A DNA stretch of 42,922 nt, taken from positions 1 through 42,922 of the IMG/VR virus record IMGVR_UViG_3300031910_000018; one strand, given 5' to 3'. The stretch's first letter is position 1. Every line of letters starts with the position of its first letter. The notes below the pieces were generated by a model, which ran no database searches, was not told where the DNA came from, and worked only from the letters and a program-made list of their open reading frames with translations. Positions 16,700 through 26,719 of this stretch are shown here, one piece after another. Origin of the DNA: a virus (taxonomy: Duplodnaviria; Caudoviricetes). The translations under genes and the position numbers were made by a program.

Positions 16700-18273
16700 A
16701 CCTGACGCACCCCCAGTAGGTAGCCATCGAGGCCGCAGGCTAGGATAGTCCACTGCCCCGACGGAATCGGAACATCTTTGGAGCCCACAGGGGTGTAGTA
16801 TTCACCGACAGTAGTGTCCTGATCGGTGAAGAGAATCGAGAAGTACCGCCCGTAGGCATCAGGATTGACAGTAGTCTCCTTGACGTTAGCGTCAGGACCC
16901 CAATCCTTAGTGGGGTCCCAATTACCATTACCCCAGATATCTACCTCGGAGCTAAGATCGACGAACATGCTCTTGTAGATATCAATCCCGAAGTTCCGAC
17001 GCAGTTGGACGTTGAACTTCCCACGTCCCAGTACGCGCATACGGCGTATGTATTTCTCGTAGATCGGTGCCCCAAAGTCATACGCCGCAGTCTCTAGAGA
17101 CGCTGTGAACGGCGTCCCGTCGTCCTCACCTGCGGTGTCAGCGAAGATCCAGTACAACGCATTGGTCTTACTCGACCCACCGAACAGGCGGATGACCGTC
17201 TGCCAACGATACAGATTCGCGCAGGTCATCGGAATCCTGTCAAGGCTCCATGGACCCAGGCCACGAATACCCAACGCAGTGAGCATCGCCAGGCGCGGGT
17301 AGTAGTTGATCTGCAAGTTATTAGTCGTCTGCCCAACCTCAGGTACAGCCCACGACACCTTCTGCCCAGATGCGTAAGCCCATGAGTACTGAAGTTGGTC
17401 GAAGTTCAAGACGTGGGGGTCGAACAGGGGATCTATCTTATACGAGATGAGCGTCGAGGGCGTATCACCTTCCCAGTGTGCAACACCACGCCGCGTCAGG
17501 TAGAAGATTCCCGCTTCATGCTGTATCACCGACCAGTGACTTTCAATCCCCTTCTCGTAGTCGTAGACGCGATTAGTGAAGGTTGACGGGTCAGTAACAA
17601 GTGACCCCGTATTGCGCTTACCTACGAGGAGATAGATCCCGTCAGACGCAAGCGCTCGGATCGTATCGCCATCACCATGGCGAATGTCAACCCAGTTCGC
17701 TGCAGGCCATGTCGTTGCATCACCCGGAGCGCTCGAGTACAGACGATCAGGATAATTCACCACGCCCGCTGCCCACATAGTGTCCTTCCACAGGCGTAGG
17801 TATCTAGCGCTGGGCGCAGATGGATAGGTGGTATAGTTCGCACCATCCCACGACGAGAACGGTGCTACTCCCGCACAGAAAAACACCATGCCTTGGTAGG
17901 TTTCCCAAGACATAGGTTGGACTTTCGAGAAACTACCAGCTGCCCCGACCAGATTCCACACTGTAGGCGTCACGGTGGGATCAGCTGTCCAGTACACACT
18001 ACCCGCCGAGGTATGAATCATAAACTGCGGCTGAAGCGCATCTCCCCGCCTGAAAGTGTAGCAGCTGATAATTCGGTCAGTCGCCACGCCCACGGGTCCC
18101 TGATTCTGGCAACCCAATCGCTTAGTGAACCCGCCGCGCTCATCAAGGAACCCGTTCTCCGCGCGACGCACCTCAGTAGGCGCTAGGAGATCAGGCGCAT
18201 ACTGCATATTGATGCCGTCAGCGAAGCCCTGAGTGCGAACCTCTACACTTTTGGTGTCAGCTACCTGGGCCAT
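16696..18273 (-). CDS. Tail tubular/nozzle (P22 gp10-/T7 gp12-like, beta-propeller) protein
   Basis: 525 aa, beta-rich, 'PDRLYSS…GDGDTIRAL', downstream of the adaptor gene. Confidence 0.65.
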   Translation of the reverse strand: MAQVADTKSVEVRTQGFADGINMQYAPDLLAPTEVRRAENGFLDERGGFTKRLGCQNQGPVGVATDRIISCYTFRRGDALQPQFMIHTSAGSVYWTADPTVTPTVWNLVGAAGSFSKVQPMSWETYQGMVFFCAGVAPFSSWDGANYTTYPSAPSARYLRLWKDTMWAAGVVNYPDRLYSSAPGDATTWPAANWVDIRHGDGDTIRALASDGIYLLVGKRNTGSLVTDPSTFTNRVYDYEKGIESHWSVIQHEAGIFYLTRRGVAHWEGDTPSTLISYKIDPLFDPHVLNFDQLQYSWAYASGQKVSWAVPEVGQTTNNLQINYYPRLAMLTALGIRGLGPWSLDRIPMTCANLYRWQTVIRLFGGSSKTNALYWIFADTAGEDDGTPFTASLETAAYDFGAPIYEKYIRRMRVLGRGKFNVQLRRNFGIDIYKSMFVDLSSEVDIWGNGNWDPTKDWGPDANVKETTVNPDAYGRYFSILFTDQDTTVGEYYTPVGSKDVPIPSGQWTILACGLDGYLLGVRQV

Positions 18274-18490
18274 TTCGGTACGATCCTAGGTCCATGATGA
18301 TGAGATCGTCGAGCGGAGTTATGTCGTCGAGGTCCTCATGACCCACGGTACGAACCATTATGTCATCGAGGTTCAGCTCCTTGACCTGACGGCGAACCCA
18401 CTCCTCGAGCGTCTCAGATTTCTTGCTCTTGTTCCACTCCTCGATCCACTGGTAAACCGTCTCGCGCGTAACTGTCATATCGGAGGGCAT
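18257..18490 (-). CDS. Hypothetical protein
   Basis: Coupled small ORF. Confidence 0.55.
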   Translation of the reverse strand: MPSDMTVTRETVYQWIEEWNKSKKSETLEEWVRRQVKELNLDDIMVRTVGHEDLDDITPLDDLIIMDLGSYRNGPGS

Positions 18491-19161
18491 CAGAGCCACT
18501 GATTATCAGGTACCACCCTTTCCTGTTGCTCCTCCATCAGCCACGCCTCATTGGCGAGCATGTCAGCGATGGCTTCATCGACCCTACCCTGAGCCTCCTG
18601 CGCGAGCTGCAGCTCCTGCGCGCGTCTATGACAGCGCATCAGTGCTGCATCGAGTATCACCTCGTCGAGGAGTTGCGGTGTAGCTGGCGTATCTGAGAAA
18701 GCTACCATGTCGATGAGGTACTGCCTGAAGTACACCATCACCGTGATCACGGACTGCGACGGTGGGAGGATATAGATCGCGCCGTTATAGACGTAGTACC
18801 AATCCGCCGCAGCGCTCCAGTTCTGTGGATTCGTCAGGTCAAGCGGTAACCATTTCCGCTCGAACACGTCCTGCCGCATGACTGGCAGCTTCCTCCGCCA
18901 AGGATCTGTGGTTACAGTGACCTGACGCACATTGTCCGCACCCAGAGGTCCCATACCGCTAACCACCAATGGCGGATCACCCGGATTGATCGTGTACGAC
19001 TGCGATGTCTCCTCCCACATCCACGGGTATTTACGAGCAAGGTAACGGTAGGCGAAGTTGATGATCTGGTACCGCTCATTAGGCTGGTACCCGTCGAACC
19101 CACGCGCTACGAGCGCATCGTCGTAGTCCTGCAACTGGAGTTGACCGTTAGCGTTTGGCAC
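18490..19161 (-). CDS. Head-tail adaptor / tail tubular protein A-like
   Basis: 'INFAYR…YPWMW…IYILPP…VILDAAL' pattern and position after the capsid gene. Confidence 0.65.
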   Translation of the reverse strand: MPNANGQLQLQDYDDALVARGFDGYQPNERYQIINFAYRYLARKYPWMWEETSQSYTINPGDPPLVVSGMGPLGADNVRQVTVTTDPWRRKLPVMRQDVFERKWLPLDLTNPQNWSAAADWYYVYNGAIYILPPSQSVITVMVYFRQYLIDMVAFSDTPATPQLLDEVILDAALMRCHRRAQELQLAQEAQGRVDEAIADMLANEAWLMEEQQERVVPDNQWL

Positions 19162-19600
19162 GCTGCGTGTGTCCTTTGCTCAGACCCACAGTGAGTGGGA
19201 GCGACTCGGCCTTGCCCTCGCGCTTCAGTGTGTAGGCTATTTCCTCACCGACCTCGCGCAGTTGCTCTTTGCTGTGTTCATCTCTGAGCTCCTGTTCGCG
19301 GTCTTGAGCACGTTCCGCTTCTTCATAGGGGTCGACGTATTGACGGCTGTGACTGTCAGATCTCTGGAGACGCTCGAGAGCGCGACCATCTAGATCAACG
19401 CAGGTGAAGATGAGTCGGTCGACTTTGTCCTCACAGTGCTCTACGAACGCATACGGTTCGGGATTTTCTGGGAGAAGTTCAATGGTGATCCGACGGCCAT
19501 ACAGCTCACGGACTTGGCGGACGATGGAAAGCACATCGTCTTCTAGCTCGATGACGCCACGATCGTGGTTATACCAAGCTTTGAGAGGAAGCATCTCCAT
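19148..19600 (-). CDS. Hypothetical protein
   Basis: GGAGG precedes ATG 19600. Confidence 0.6.
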   Translation of the reverse strand: MEMLPLKAWYNHDRGVIELEDDVLSIVRQVRELYGRRITIELLPENPEPYAFVEHCEDKVDRLIFTCVDLDGRALERLQRSDSHSRQYVDPYEEAERAQDREQELRDEHSKEQLREVGEEIAYTLKREGKAESLPLTVGLSKGHTQRAKR

Positions 19601-19625
19601 CGTCCGCCTCCTATCCCGGAGTGAG

Positions 19626-20918
19626 TTACGGGATGTCGTCCGCGAGGTTGTAGAACACGCCCTGCGTCTTGCGCCGGAAAACGCCGAGGTCACAGTACTT
19701 GTAGAGGGTCGCCTTGTAGGCGTCTGTGTCGGGGTTCTCGACCTTACGCAGGATCGCGCCGTCCCTGTTCATCCACCGGAAGTCGTTACCGTTGAGCTGC
19801 ACCCACAGCAAGTCGTCCGGGCGGATGAAGAACAGGTACTGCTTCGGGCAGTCGTCATCGAAGACCAACGGGAACCCGTTGTAGTCGATGTACTTGAACC
19901 CGCCGTGCATCGTCCCAGCCAGCGCATCGTTCCAGCGCTTCTGGGACTTCAGCGTGTTCACATACCGACGGCGGATACCGCGGGTACCGATGAGCAACTG
20001 AGTTTCCCAACCCTCAGCGCCGATCTGGTCGAGGAGCAGCTGACCGAGATCTTCGTCGAAGGTGGAGTTGTTGCCGTTCTGCTGCTTGGCCTGCCAGTAC
20101 TGGTTCCCTGCCACAGAGCAGTCGATGCTGTGGAGCAGGTAATTCTGAGACAGATCCGAGCGCATGATCTTCTTGAGACCATTGATCTCGTTCTGCCAGT
20201 TGCCTTCCACGCACGGTACGTGAGTACCGACAGTGATGCCGGCAGACTGATCTGCCCCGGAGTACGTGATCGTGCGGTTGCCGTCCTGCGAGATCGCGGT
20301 GATCTGCACCCGCGAGACAAGCACCGCGTTCGTGGACTGGTTCACGAGGTCGATATACATGCCGACCCGGAGGTACTGCAGGTTATCGACGTTGAAGGTG
20401 TTGACCGCCTTGGCGGTGATCTGTGCAAGCGTTCCAGTCTGATCACCGAAGGCCTGCCGGTTCATGTCCTTGCGGAGGTCATTCACCGCACCGACAGTCT
20501 CACCTTCGAGCAGGCGCAGGTACGCGCCCAGATTGCGCTCAGTGACCTCCATGGAGAAGCCCGTGAGTTGGATCTGCTTGTAGAGTTTGCGGACCTTGTC
20601 CATGATGTCCGCCCATCCCTGCTGACCCGGTGTGGGGAGCGTCGAGCCCTCTGCGCGAGCCGTACCTGACTCGTTACGAGTGATGTGCAGCGCGATGACC
20701 CACTGGCGGCCGGCGAACTCGACCACGTCCGCATCGCGGGAAATCCCACGATAGTCCATGGTCTCGCCATTCGCGGCATTCATCGTGCCCGCTCCAGCCT
20801 CCAGTTCCGGCGGCGAGTATCCGAAGAGGAGAATCGCACGCTGGTTTACCATCTCCCGTACCACAGGGAGGTAGTAGTTCTGAAGGATCGCGTCAGCTGA
20901 TGTGGTAGTCTGTACCAT
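19626..20918 (-). CDS. Major capsid protein
   Basis: 430 aa, strongly biased codons, HK97-like features ('AEGSTLP', 'GFPLVFDDDCP', C-terminal 'YKATL…GVF'), follows the scaffold. Confidence 0.85.
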   Translation of the reverse strand: MVQTTTSADAILQNYYLPVVREMVNQRAILLFGYSPPELEAGAGTMNAANGETMDYRGISRDADVVEFAGRQWVIALHITRNESGTARAEGSTLPTPGQQGWADIMDKVRKLYKQIQLTGFSMEVTERNLGAYLRLLEGETVGAVNDLRKDMNRQAFGDQTGTLAQITAKAVNTFNVDNLQYLRVGMYIDLVNQSTNAVLVSRVQITAISQDGNRTITYSGADQSAGITVGTHVPCVEGNWQNEINGLKKIMRSDLSQNYLLHSIDCSVAGNQYWQAKQQNGNNSTFDEDLGQLLLDQIGAEGWETQLLIGTRGIRRRYVNTLKSQKRWNDALAGTMHGGFKYIDYNGFPLVFDDDCPKQYLFFIRPDDLLWVQLNGNDFRWMNRDGAILRKVENPDTDAYKATLYKYCDLGVFRRKTQGVFYNLADDIP

Positions 20919-20930
20919 GTCAGCTCCTCA

Positions 20931-21263
20931 CTAACCGGGAGAGCCTTTGCCAAAGACCACGGCACGGGCGACGACGCCGTTGAGCGCCGCGCTAGCAGCC
21001 CCCAACTCGGTCATCTGAGCCCCGCTGGCACCAGTCACGTAGGCCTTGATCTTGTTGGCGACGTGGTCATACTCGAGCAGATACCCGAGCTTCGCGCTCG
21101 TGATATCCACATAGAGGATGGTCCCATTCGCCCCATAACCACAAGCCTGCGCTAACACTGGCCACCCACCTGTGGGGTAGGAGTTGTCCAGCGTGAAGTC
21201 GACGACCTTGGAGAACATGTCACCCATGGTGCCGCGAGCTTTGATGGCAACTGTCATCGTCAT
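20931..21263 (-). CDS. Putative capsid decoration/minor capsid protein
   Basis: Small beta-rich protein 'FTLDNSYPTGG…YDHVANKIKAY' between scaffold and MCP; AGGAG upstream. Confidence 0.55.
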   Translation of the reverse strand: MTMTVAIKARGTMGDMFSKVVDFTLDNSYPTGGWPVLAQACGYGANGTILYVDITSAKLGYLLEYDHVANKIKAYVTGASGAQMTELGAASAALNGVVARAVVFGKGSPG

Positions 21264-21264
21264 C

Positions 21265-22119
21265 TCAGCTCTCCTGTTCGATTCCGGGCAAACGCCCAGC
21301 CTTGATGTCCGCGAGGATCTGCTTGTTGGCTGCACCGAAGTCCTTGAACTCCTCCGGTGGAGCCGCCTGCGCAGCTGCACTACCGGGCACCGAGCGAGGC
21401 GTTCCCGTGTCTCTCGACCGAATGGCTGATCCCAAGGTATGGTCCCTGTCCTCGAAGTACGATTGCCGAGCGGCCTCGGACAACTCCTCAAGAGTCGTGA
21501 ATCCACCGCGTGCAGCGGCGGCCGAGATCCACACAAGCTTCGTGCGTTCGGGGACGGACATACCGTCCTGCTCATCCAAGCCATCCCAGTGACGAACTAC
21601 AAGGTCCAGGCGTTGCTGGGATTCGGCCGCCTCACGTTCTGCCATGATTTGGTCGACCTGCTCAAGCCTGCGCTGTACATCAGGAGGAAGCGCAGCACCC
21701 TCTTCACCTTGACCGTCATCTCGAGCGCCAGCACGAGACTCCTGCTGCAAGAGTGACCTCATCGCAGCCTTCGTCTCGTCGGACAAGTCCTGTTGACTGT
21801 CGATCAGGGTGTTGATGATGCCCTTGGGATCCTGCACGTAAGCAGCTTCGAAGTTCGCCAAGCGAACCGCGGAGTCCGGTTCGATCCCGTATTGCTCCAG
21901 GGCCTCGTACTGCTTGAGATCCTGGTAACGGGTATTTACCTCCTGGAATCGGGAGTACGGAATCGTCTCAGGTGGACCACCACGCTGATTGTCGGCGTTT
22001 TCCGCCCCCGCGGGCGAACGTGGTTGATCCTCCATTCCGGTACCCGGTACTGCAGCCGCGCCCTCTAGGCCTCCATCGGCTTCGATTTGCGCCTGCATCC
22101 TGTCTGCCATCTCACCCAT
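21265..22119 (-). CDS. Capsid scaffolding protein
   Basis: Acidic and helical, 'IPYSRFQEVN' motif, upstream of MCP. Confidence 0.75.
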   Translation of the reverse strand: MGEMADRMQAQIEADGGLEGAAAVPGTGMEDQPRSPAGAENADNQRGGPPETIPYSRFQEVNTRYQDLKQYEALEQYGIEPDSAVRLANFEAAYVQDPKGIINTLIDSQQDLSDETKAAMRSLLQQESRAGARDDGQGEEGAALPPDVQRRLEQVDQIMAEREAAESQQRLDLVVRHWDGLDEQDGMSVPERTKLVWISAAAARGGFTTLEELSEAARQSYFEDRDHTLGSAIRSRDTGTPRSVPGSAAAQAAPPEEFKDFGAANKQILADIKAGRLPGIEQES

Positions 22120-22134
22120 GGTTGCCTTCCTGGC

Positions 22135-22446
22135 CTACGATTTTACGCCCTCGTTGGCGGTTGGGCCTGCCGGAACCGACTTACCTGGCTCACGCGGAGG
22201 CTGTGCGGGGAAGTCCTCACGGAGCTTCTCGTCCCGCATAGCGAGCCGGCGAGCCTTCTCTGGAGTCATGCGATAGGGGATGCGTCGTTCGATGCGATCC
22301 TCCAGCTCAGCCTCCAGCACTTCGCGCTTCTCCTCGAATAGCTTGCGTAGGTCGCTGACCTTGACGAACGAGCCCTGCGAGGTGTGCATGGCCAAACCGT
22401 CGATGACCTCGAGAGCGTCGTTCAGGTTACGAATGTCCTTAGGCAA
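22135..22446 (-). CDS. Hypothetical protein
   Basis: ORF in the late operon. Confidence 0.6.
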   Translation of the reverse strand: MPKDIRNLNDALEVIDGLAMHTSQGSFVKVSDLRKLFEEKREVLEAELEDRIERRIPYRMTPEKARRLAMRDEKLREDFPAQPPREPGKSVPAGPTANEGVKS

Positions 22447-22765
22447 AATGCACTATCCCAGGTCGTCCGCCCCCAGTATTGATCTGCGTGAACGCGGTCA
22501 GTGGCAAGCTGAGCAACACGCCCTGAGCGAGCTCACGGACCGTGATAATCGCCGCATCGGGGAGGTAGTAGGTGATTTGTCCTGAGACCGGATCTTGCTT
22601 TGATGCCACAGGGGCGTCAATGACCGCCGCAAAGTGGCCATCGAATCTCGAGGGCACGCCTGGCTGAGTGCCGTCAAGAATGCCCCATGACTCCCCCGTG
22701 AGGGGAGCTAGGACTTCGCCGGGTAGCTCTGGTGGTTCGCCGCGCTGTATTGCGAGCTCAGGCAT
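22439..22765 (-). CDS. Hypothetical protein, paralog of the C-terminal domain of 22758-23375
   Basis: Real start probably MPELAIQ (22765). Shares PL.GESW..LDG / DGH.A.VID.P / QDP / TVR / LPL.AF with its neighbour. Confidence 0.7.
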   Translation of the reverse strand: MPELAIQRGEPPELPGEVLAPLTGESWGILDGTQPGVPSRFDGHFAAVIDAPVASKQDPVSGQITYYLPDAAIITVRELAQGVLLSLPLTAFTQINTGGGRPGIVHFA

Positions 22766-23375
22766 ACCGATCCGGCCTTCCGTTTCTGTGGATCTCCTTG
22801 AACGCATCGAGCGGCAAGATGAGCGTCGTGCCCTGCCCACGATCCCGCACGGTGACCAGCCCTTCGTCAGGCATGTACCGAGTGATCGCACCTGTGTCTG
22901 GATCCTGCTCGACCACAGTGGGATAGTCGATGACGCCTGCGACGTGACCGTCGTACTCCTCGCCGACGAGCTCGTGGTCGCCGTCGAGAACGACCCAGGA
23001 CTCACCGTTGAGTGGCGGTTCGTGCTCGCCCTCCACTGGCTCACCCGGATCGACTCTCGCGATGTCGACCTCGATGGGCCGCTTCTCGGGGTACTCCTCC
23101 GAAGGCCAGACCGCGATGCCGGCGTCTGTCCCCTGAGGTCCGACGTGCTCGGGTGTTGGCTCCTCGCCCTCTTCCTCTTCGCCTTCCTCGGTCTCTTCAG
23201 CCTCCTCGTCCTCACCGGCTTCGTCGTCGTCGACTCCCTCCTCCTCCGGCTCCTCGGCCTCGAGCTTCTCGATGAGGTCGGCCTTCTTGTCGTGCTCGTC
23301 GTACTCGATGCCGGCTTCGTCGAGCTTCATCTTCAGCTCATCCTTGGTGAGGTCCTCGAGTGCTACTTCGGACAT
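22758..23375 (-). CDS. Acidic protein with N-terminal HeH/LEM/Rho-N-like motif plus duplicated domain
   Basis: 'LEDLTKDELKMKLDEAGIEYDEHDKKADLIEKL', acidic linker, GGAGG upstream. Confidence 0.7.
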   Translation of the reverse strand: MSEVALEDLTKDELKMKLDEAGIEYDEHDKKADLIEKLEAEEPEEEGVDDDEAGEDEEAEETEEGEEEEGEEPTPEHVGPQGTDAGIAVWPSEEYPEKRPIEVDIARVDPGEPVEGEHEPPLNGESWVVLDGDHELVGEEYDGHVAGVIDYPTVVEQDPDTGAITRYMPDEGLVTVRDRGQGTTLILPLDAFKEIHRNGRPDRYA

Positions 23376-23377
23376 TG

Positions 23378-23545
23378 TTATTTACCTCCCTTCAGTCTTT
23401 TCTGCGCAGCAGATGCTACGTCTGCCCCCATTATGGAGGCATAGCAGATGGCGTAGGCATTCTTGCCCTTGCCCTTAGCCTTCACGTCAGTGACGCAGCG
23501 ATCCATCACTGCCCACTTCGACTTAGGCATGTTGGCGTACGGCAC
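23378..23545 (-). CDS. Small hypothetical protein (55 aa, not in the ORF track)
   Basis: GTG overlaps the portal stop; MPYANMPKSKWAVMDRCVTDVKAKGKGKNAYAICYASIMG…. Confidence 0.65.
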   Translation of the reverse strand: MPYANMPKSKWAVMDRCVTDVKAKGKGKNAYAICYASIMGADVASAAQKRLKGGK

Positions 23546-25776
23546 TACCTACCCCCAGGCGTAGTCGGTCGTGGTTGTCCAGCAAGTGCAGGTTCACGGC
23601 GAGCGATCATCTGCGTTTGACCGCCGCCGATTATGTCGGGGATTGCTGTCTGCTGACGAACCATGCCAGGTACACCACCCGGTGGTGGCCCACCGTTACC
23701 GGCAGGCACACCACCTGCGCCCTCAGGCGCGCCCTTTGCGGCCATCATCGCCTGTTGCGAAGCTGCCTGTTGATCCGCCATCATTTTCTGGTGTTGAGCA
23801 ACATGTTCGTCGAAGAGCCGGACTATACCGGGGTGAGTGATTGAGAGCTTGTCAAACTCCTCATCCATCATTTGCATGGTGTGGTGCATGATGTGGAGTG
23901 CGTGATCTTGCCACGCCTTCACCGGCACCGCGGCGGCGACAGTCTGCTCCTGTTGCTCCTGAGTCGCACCAGGTCGGAGGTGGAACATGCCTATCGCCAG
24001 ACCATGTAGCATGACGTTATTCTCACGGTTAGCCTGCGCGATGTTCATGTCCTGCACCGAGGGAGCGCCACTACCGATGTCGAGCATCTCCTCGATCTTC
24101 TCGGGGTCGGTAAGAACACCGAGGGACACAAGCTCCAGCGTGTACTGTTGCTTGGCCGCCTTCGACCTCGGCATGGCGCTCCCAGCTTGACAAACGACCT
24201 CGGTGTTATTCTTCAGGTTAGCGCCCTTGAACTTCATGGCGTCGAACCTGCCATCGGGGCGATAGAACTGGACGATGCGATCCACGACATAGAACTGTGA
24301 GAATCGCTCGAGCGTGAGGCTACCTTCCAGTGCTATCGCATACTCCATGTTGTCAATTGTCGGGGCAATCTTCGTATCGTCCTCCTCCTGGAGGTAAGCG
24401 ACTGCGACACCGCTTCGCACACCTGTAGGTACGTTGCCGTGCGCGACCTCAGATTGCCCCGATATCTCCATGATCTGCTCACGCAGGCCAGCAAGGAGCG
24501 ACTCAACCTGCTGTGGCAGTTGGAGACCTTGAATCGGTTCTGGAGGCGGTACGTTCGGCACATGGACATACCTCAGGATCGACCCCGCGGCGGCTTTGAT
24601 CTGCCCCTTGACCTTCTGCTGCGTCGCCACGCGCCACATCGGGTTGGCCATGTAGTCCTTCGCCTCGATGAGTTGGCTAACAATCTTGTCCACCTCGAGG
24701 TTCGGTCCACGGATGTGGTTTATCACGGTGTCAGGCCAAATGCTGCTAGCCTGCGGGATGTGTTGGAAGAAGACGAACGGCATCCGCTCGTCTTGGAAGG
24801 GGAATCCAGGCGAGACGTCAAGGATCTTACCCTGACACCAGCGCATGTACTTACCACCGTTGAGGTACGAATTGCTGTGGTACGTCTTAGGCAGCAACCA
24901 GAACGTGTGAATGTAGCACGCATTGTCCGCGTTGTAGCCTGCGCGCCAATTCCACCACCCCGCACGCTGCATGATGCGCCTCTCCATCGTACCGAGGTTC
25001 ACCATCTCAGGCTGAATATCCTTCGCCTTCGCGCCGTACTCACCCTTGATCGTGTCCACGTCAGCAACCTCAGTAGTTATCAGATCTCTAATCTGATCGA
25101 AGTCCAGCGCGCTCTCGTCGGGGAGCAACTGGAACGGTGAGAACACCTTGTACTCGAGCTCACCCATCGGATATGACTCCTTGGGGAGCTCGTCGAGGAT
25201 CCCATCGTCCACCATCTGCTGCAATTCCTTCTGACGGATCGGCGAGAACGTCGGATCACCTGTAGCGGGGTCGATCACGAAGTCAATATTGCCTGCCTCA
25301 TCGTTCTTCGAGTCCCACCCGACGTACAGCGCTCCCAAGCCCGTCTGGATCATCCACCACAGGGCTTGTTTTCGCATCCGAGGCAGCCTAAACTTCCACT
25401 CGGCGTAATCGAGAGCGTTTCGACCGACCTTCGCGGCCGCAATGTCCACCGCAGCGTCGGAATTGGCGATCACGTCGGTGATTGGCTTGCTTTTGGTGAG
25501 CTTCGAGAGCTCTGTCCGCGCCACAGAGAGTGCGTGGTTGATGACCATCCGCGGTTTCTTCTCTTTGGCGTCGATCACGGGGTCAAATGTCGGATCTCGG
25601 TCGATGTATAGCGACCTCGCAGGGTCCCATGTGGCGTAATGATCGCCCGCGACTAGCGCCAAGTTGTTCCACCAGGTGATTTCCCACCCTCGACGCTGGT
25701 TCAACCGTCGCTCGCGCGCAGCCATGACCGCCGAAAGGAGGTCTGCGTCGTTCTTGCACTCACCTATGCGAGCCAT
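23545..25776 (-). CDS. Portal protein (P22-like)
   Basis: 743 aa; 'PRMVINH', 'FSPFQLLPD', 'RSGVAVAYLQE', long C-terminal Q/G/P tail. Confidence 0.85.
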   Translation of the reverse strand: MARIGECKNDADLLSAVMAARERRLNQRRGWEITWWNNLALVAGDHYATWDPARSLYIDRDPTFDPVIDAKEKKPRMVINHALSVARTELSKLTKSKPITDVIANSDAAVDIAAAKVGRNALDYAEWKFRLPRMRKQALWWMIQTGLGALYVGWDSKNDEAGNIDFVIDPATGDPTFSPIRQKELQQMVDDGILDELPKESYPMGELEYKVFSPFQLLPDESALDFDQIRDLITTEVADVDTIKGEYGAKAKDIQPEMVNLGTMERRIMQRAGWWNWRAGYNADNACYIHTFWLLPKTYHSNSYLNGGKYMRWCQGKILDVSPGFPFQDERMPFVFFQHIPQASSIWPDTVINHIRGPNLEVDKIVSQLIEAKDYMANPMWRVATQQKVKGQIKAAAGSILRYVHVPNVPPPEPIQGLQLPQQVESLLAGLREQIMEISGQSEVAHGNVPTGVRSGVAVAYLQEEDDTKIAPTIDNMEYAIALEGSLTLERFSQFYVVDRIVQFYRPDGRFDAMKFKGANLKNNTEVVCQAGSAMPRSKAAKQQYTLELVSLGVLTDPEKIEEMLDIGSGAPSVQDMNIAQANRENNVMLHGLAIGMFHLRPGATQEQQEQTVAAAVPVKAWQDHALHIMHHTMQMMDEEFDKLSITHPGIVRLFDEHVAQHQKMMADQQAASQQAMMAAKGAPEGAGGVPAGNGGPPPGGVPGMVRQQTAIPDIIGGGQTQMIARREPALAGQPRPTTPGGR

Positions 25777-26147
25777 TAGACCTCAGCTTCCTCCGGGAAG
25801 TCCTCCATCAGGATGCGACGTTCGTCCGCCGCAGCCTGCAGGTCGACTGCGCCGTAGTTGCGGGTGACGCCCGGGATCTCCAACCGGACTTCGGGCTCCT
25901 CTTCGGGGAACTCCTGACCCCCGATGTCAGCTTCCTCAGCAAGTTGGTACTGCTTGAACGTCTCGAAGTCCGCAGCGAGGAGGCGATCGAGGACCTGGTC
26001 GATACGCTTCCCATCGTTCGTATGCACTCGTTCGAGCGTTGAGAGTGCGTTAGCAAGCGTTTGAGAGACGCTCTGGAGAAACAGGAACGCACCTGTCAGG
26101 GTGACGACAAGAACGACAAGCAATATGCCCAGAAGCGCCCAGGTCAT
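25776..26147 (-). CDS. Membrane-anchored hypothetical protein
   Basis: N-terminal hydrophobic helix. Confidence 0.6.
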   Translation of the reverse strand: MTWALLGILLVVLVVTLTGAFLFLQSVSQTLANALSTLERVHTNDGKRIDQVLDRLLAADFETFKQYQLAEEADIGGQEFPEEEPEVRLEIPGVTRNYGAVDLQAAADERRILMEDFPEEAEV

Positions 26148-26488
26148 GCGAGCGTCTCCGCGGCGCGTGCCCGCCGAATCGCAGCGCCCTCACGCCTAGC
26201 CCGAATGTCAAGCTCCGCATTCTTGTCGTGCAGCTTCTTCTCTAACCGCTTGATCTCCTTGCGAAGTTGCTTCTCGGTGTCGGGCGAGATCCAGTTCGCT
26301 GTGACAGCCATGAGCCCGAGGCAGTCCATGCACAGGTAGCCTGAATCGCCCCAGTTGTACTCCAAGCCCATGTCAAGGAACGGACCCACCTCGCCGGTGT
26401 CACCGTCCGGCGTATTGCCCCTGCCGCACTTCATGCACGTCGCCGGCGGTAGCGTCATTCGCTCCACCAGTTGAATGTTGTGGTTCAT
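26144..26488 (-). CDS. Zn-binding (CxxC…CxxC) coiled-coil protein
   Basis: 'CMKCG…LCMDC' followed by a coiled coil. Confidence 0.6.
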   Translation of the reverse strand: MNHNIQLVERMTLPPATCMKCGRGNTPDGDTGEVGPFLDMGLEYNWGDSGYLCMDCLGLMAVTANWISPDTEKQLRKEIKRLEKKLHDKNAELDIRARREGAAIRRARAAETLA

Positions 26489-26718
26489 CAGTCTCCTCTT
26501 TGCTCGAACCGCTTGTACCCCAGGTAACTGCCAAGGACTCCGATCAGCCCACCCGTGACACCGATGAGCACCTGGGTAGTGTTCTCGCCGAGTGTGGGAG
26601 TTGGATTGTGGCCCTCGATCACGTTTATTATCAACGCCAGTCCTATCTCCGCGGCGATCATGACCAAGCCGACGGCAAGGACGAGAGCGATCCAGTCTGA
26701 CGGGCGGAACTTTGACAC
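26488..26718 (-). CDS. Putative holin (two TM helices)
   Basis: Two hydrophobic segments, directly after the endolysin, GTG start. Confidence 0.6.
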   Translation of the reverse strand: MSKFRPSDWIALVLAVGLVMIAAEIGLALIINVIEGHNPTPTLGENTTQVLIGVTGGLIGVLGSYLGYKRFEQRGD

Positions 26719-26719
26719 C

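Noticed and set aside
19404-20669. Long antisense ORFs (19404-20669, 30456-31619, 34368-35282, 22668-23444)
   Set aside because: They are shadows of GC3-biased real genes on the opposite strand, with no RBS or recognisable motifs.
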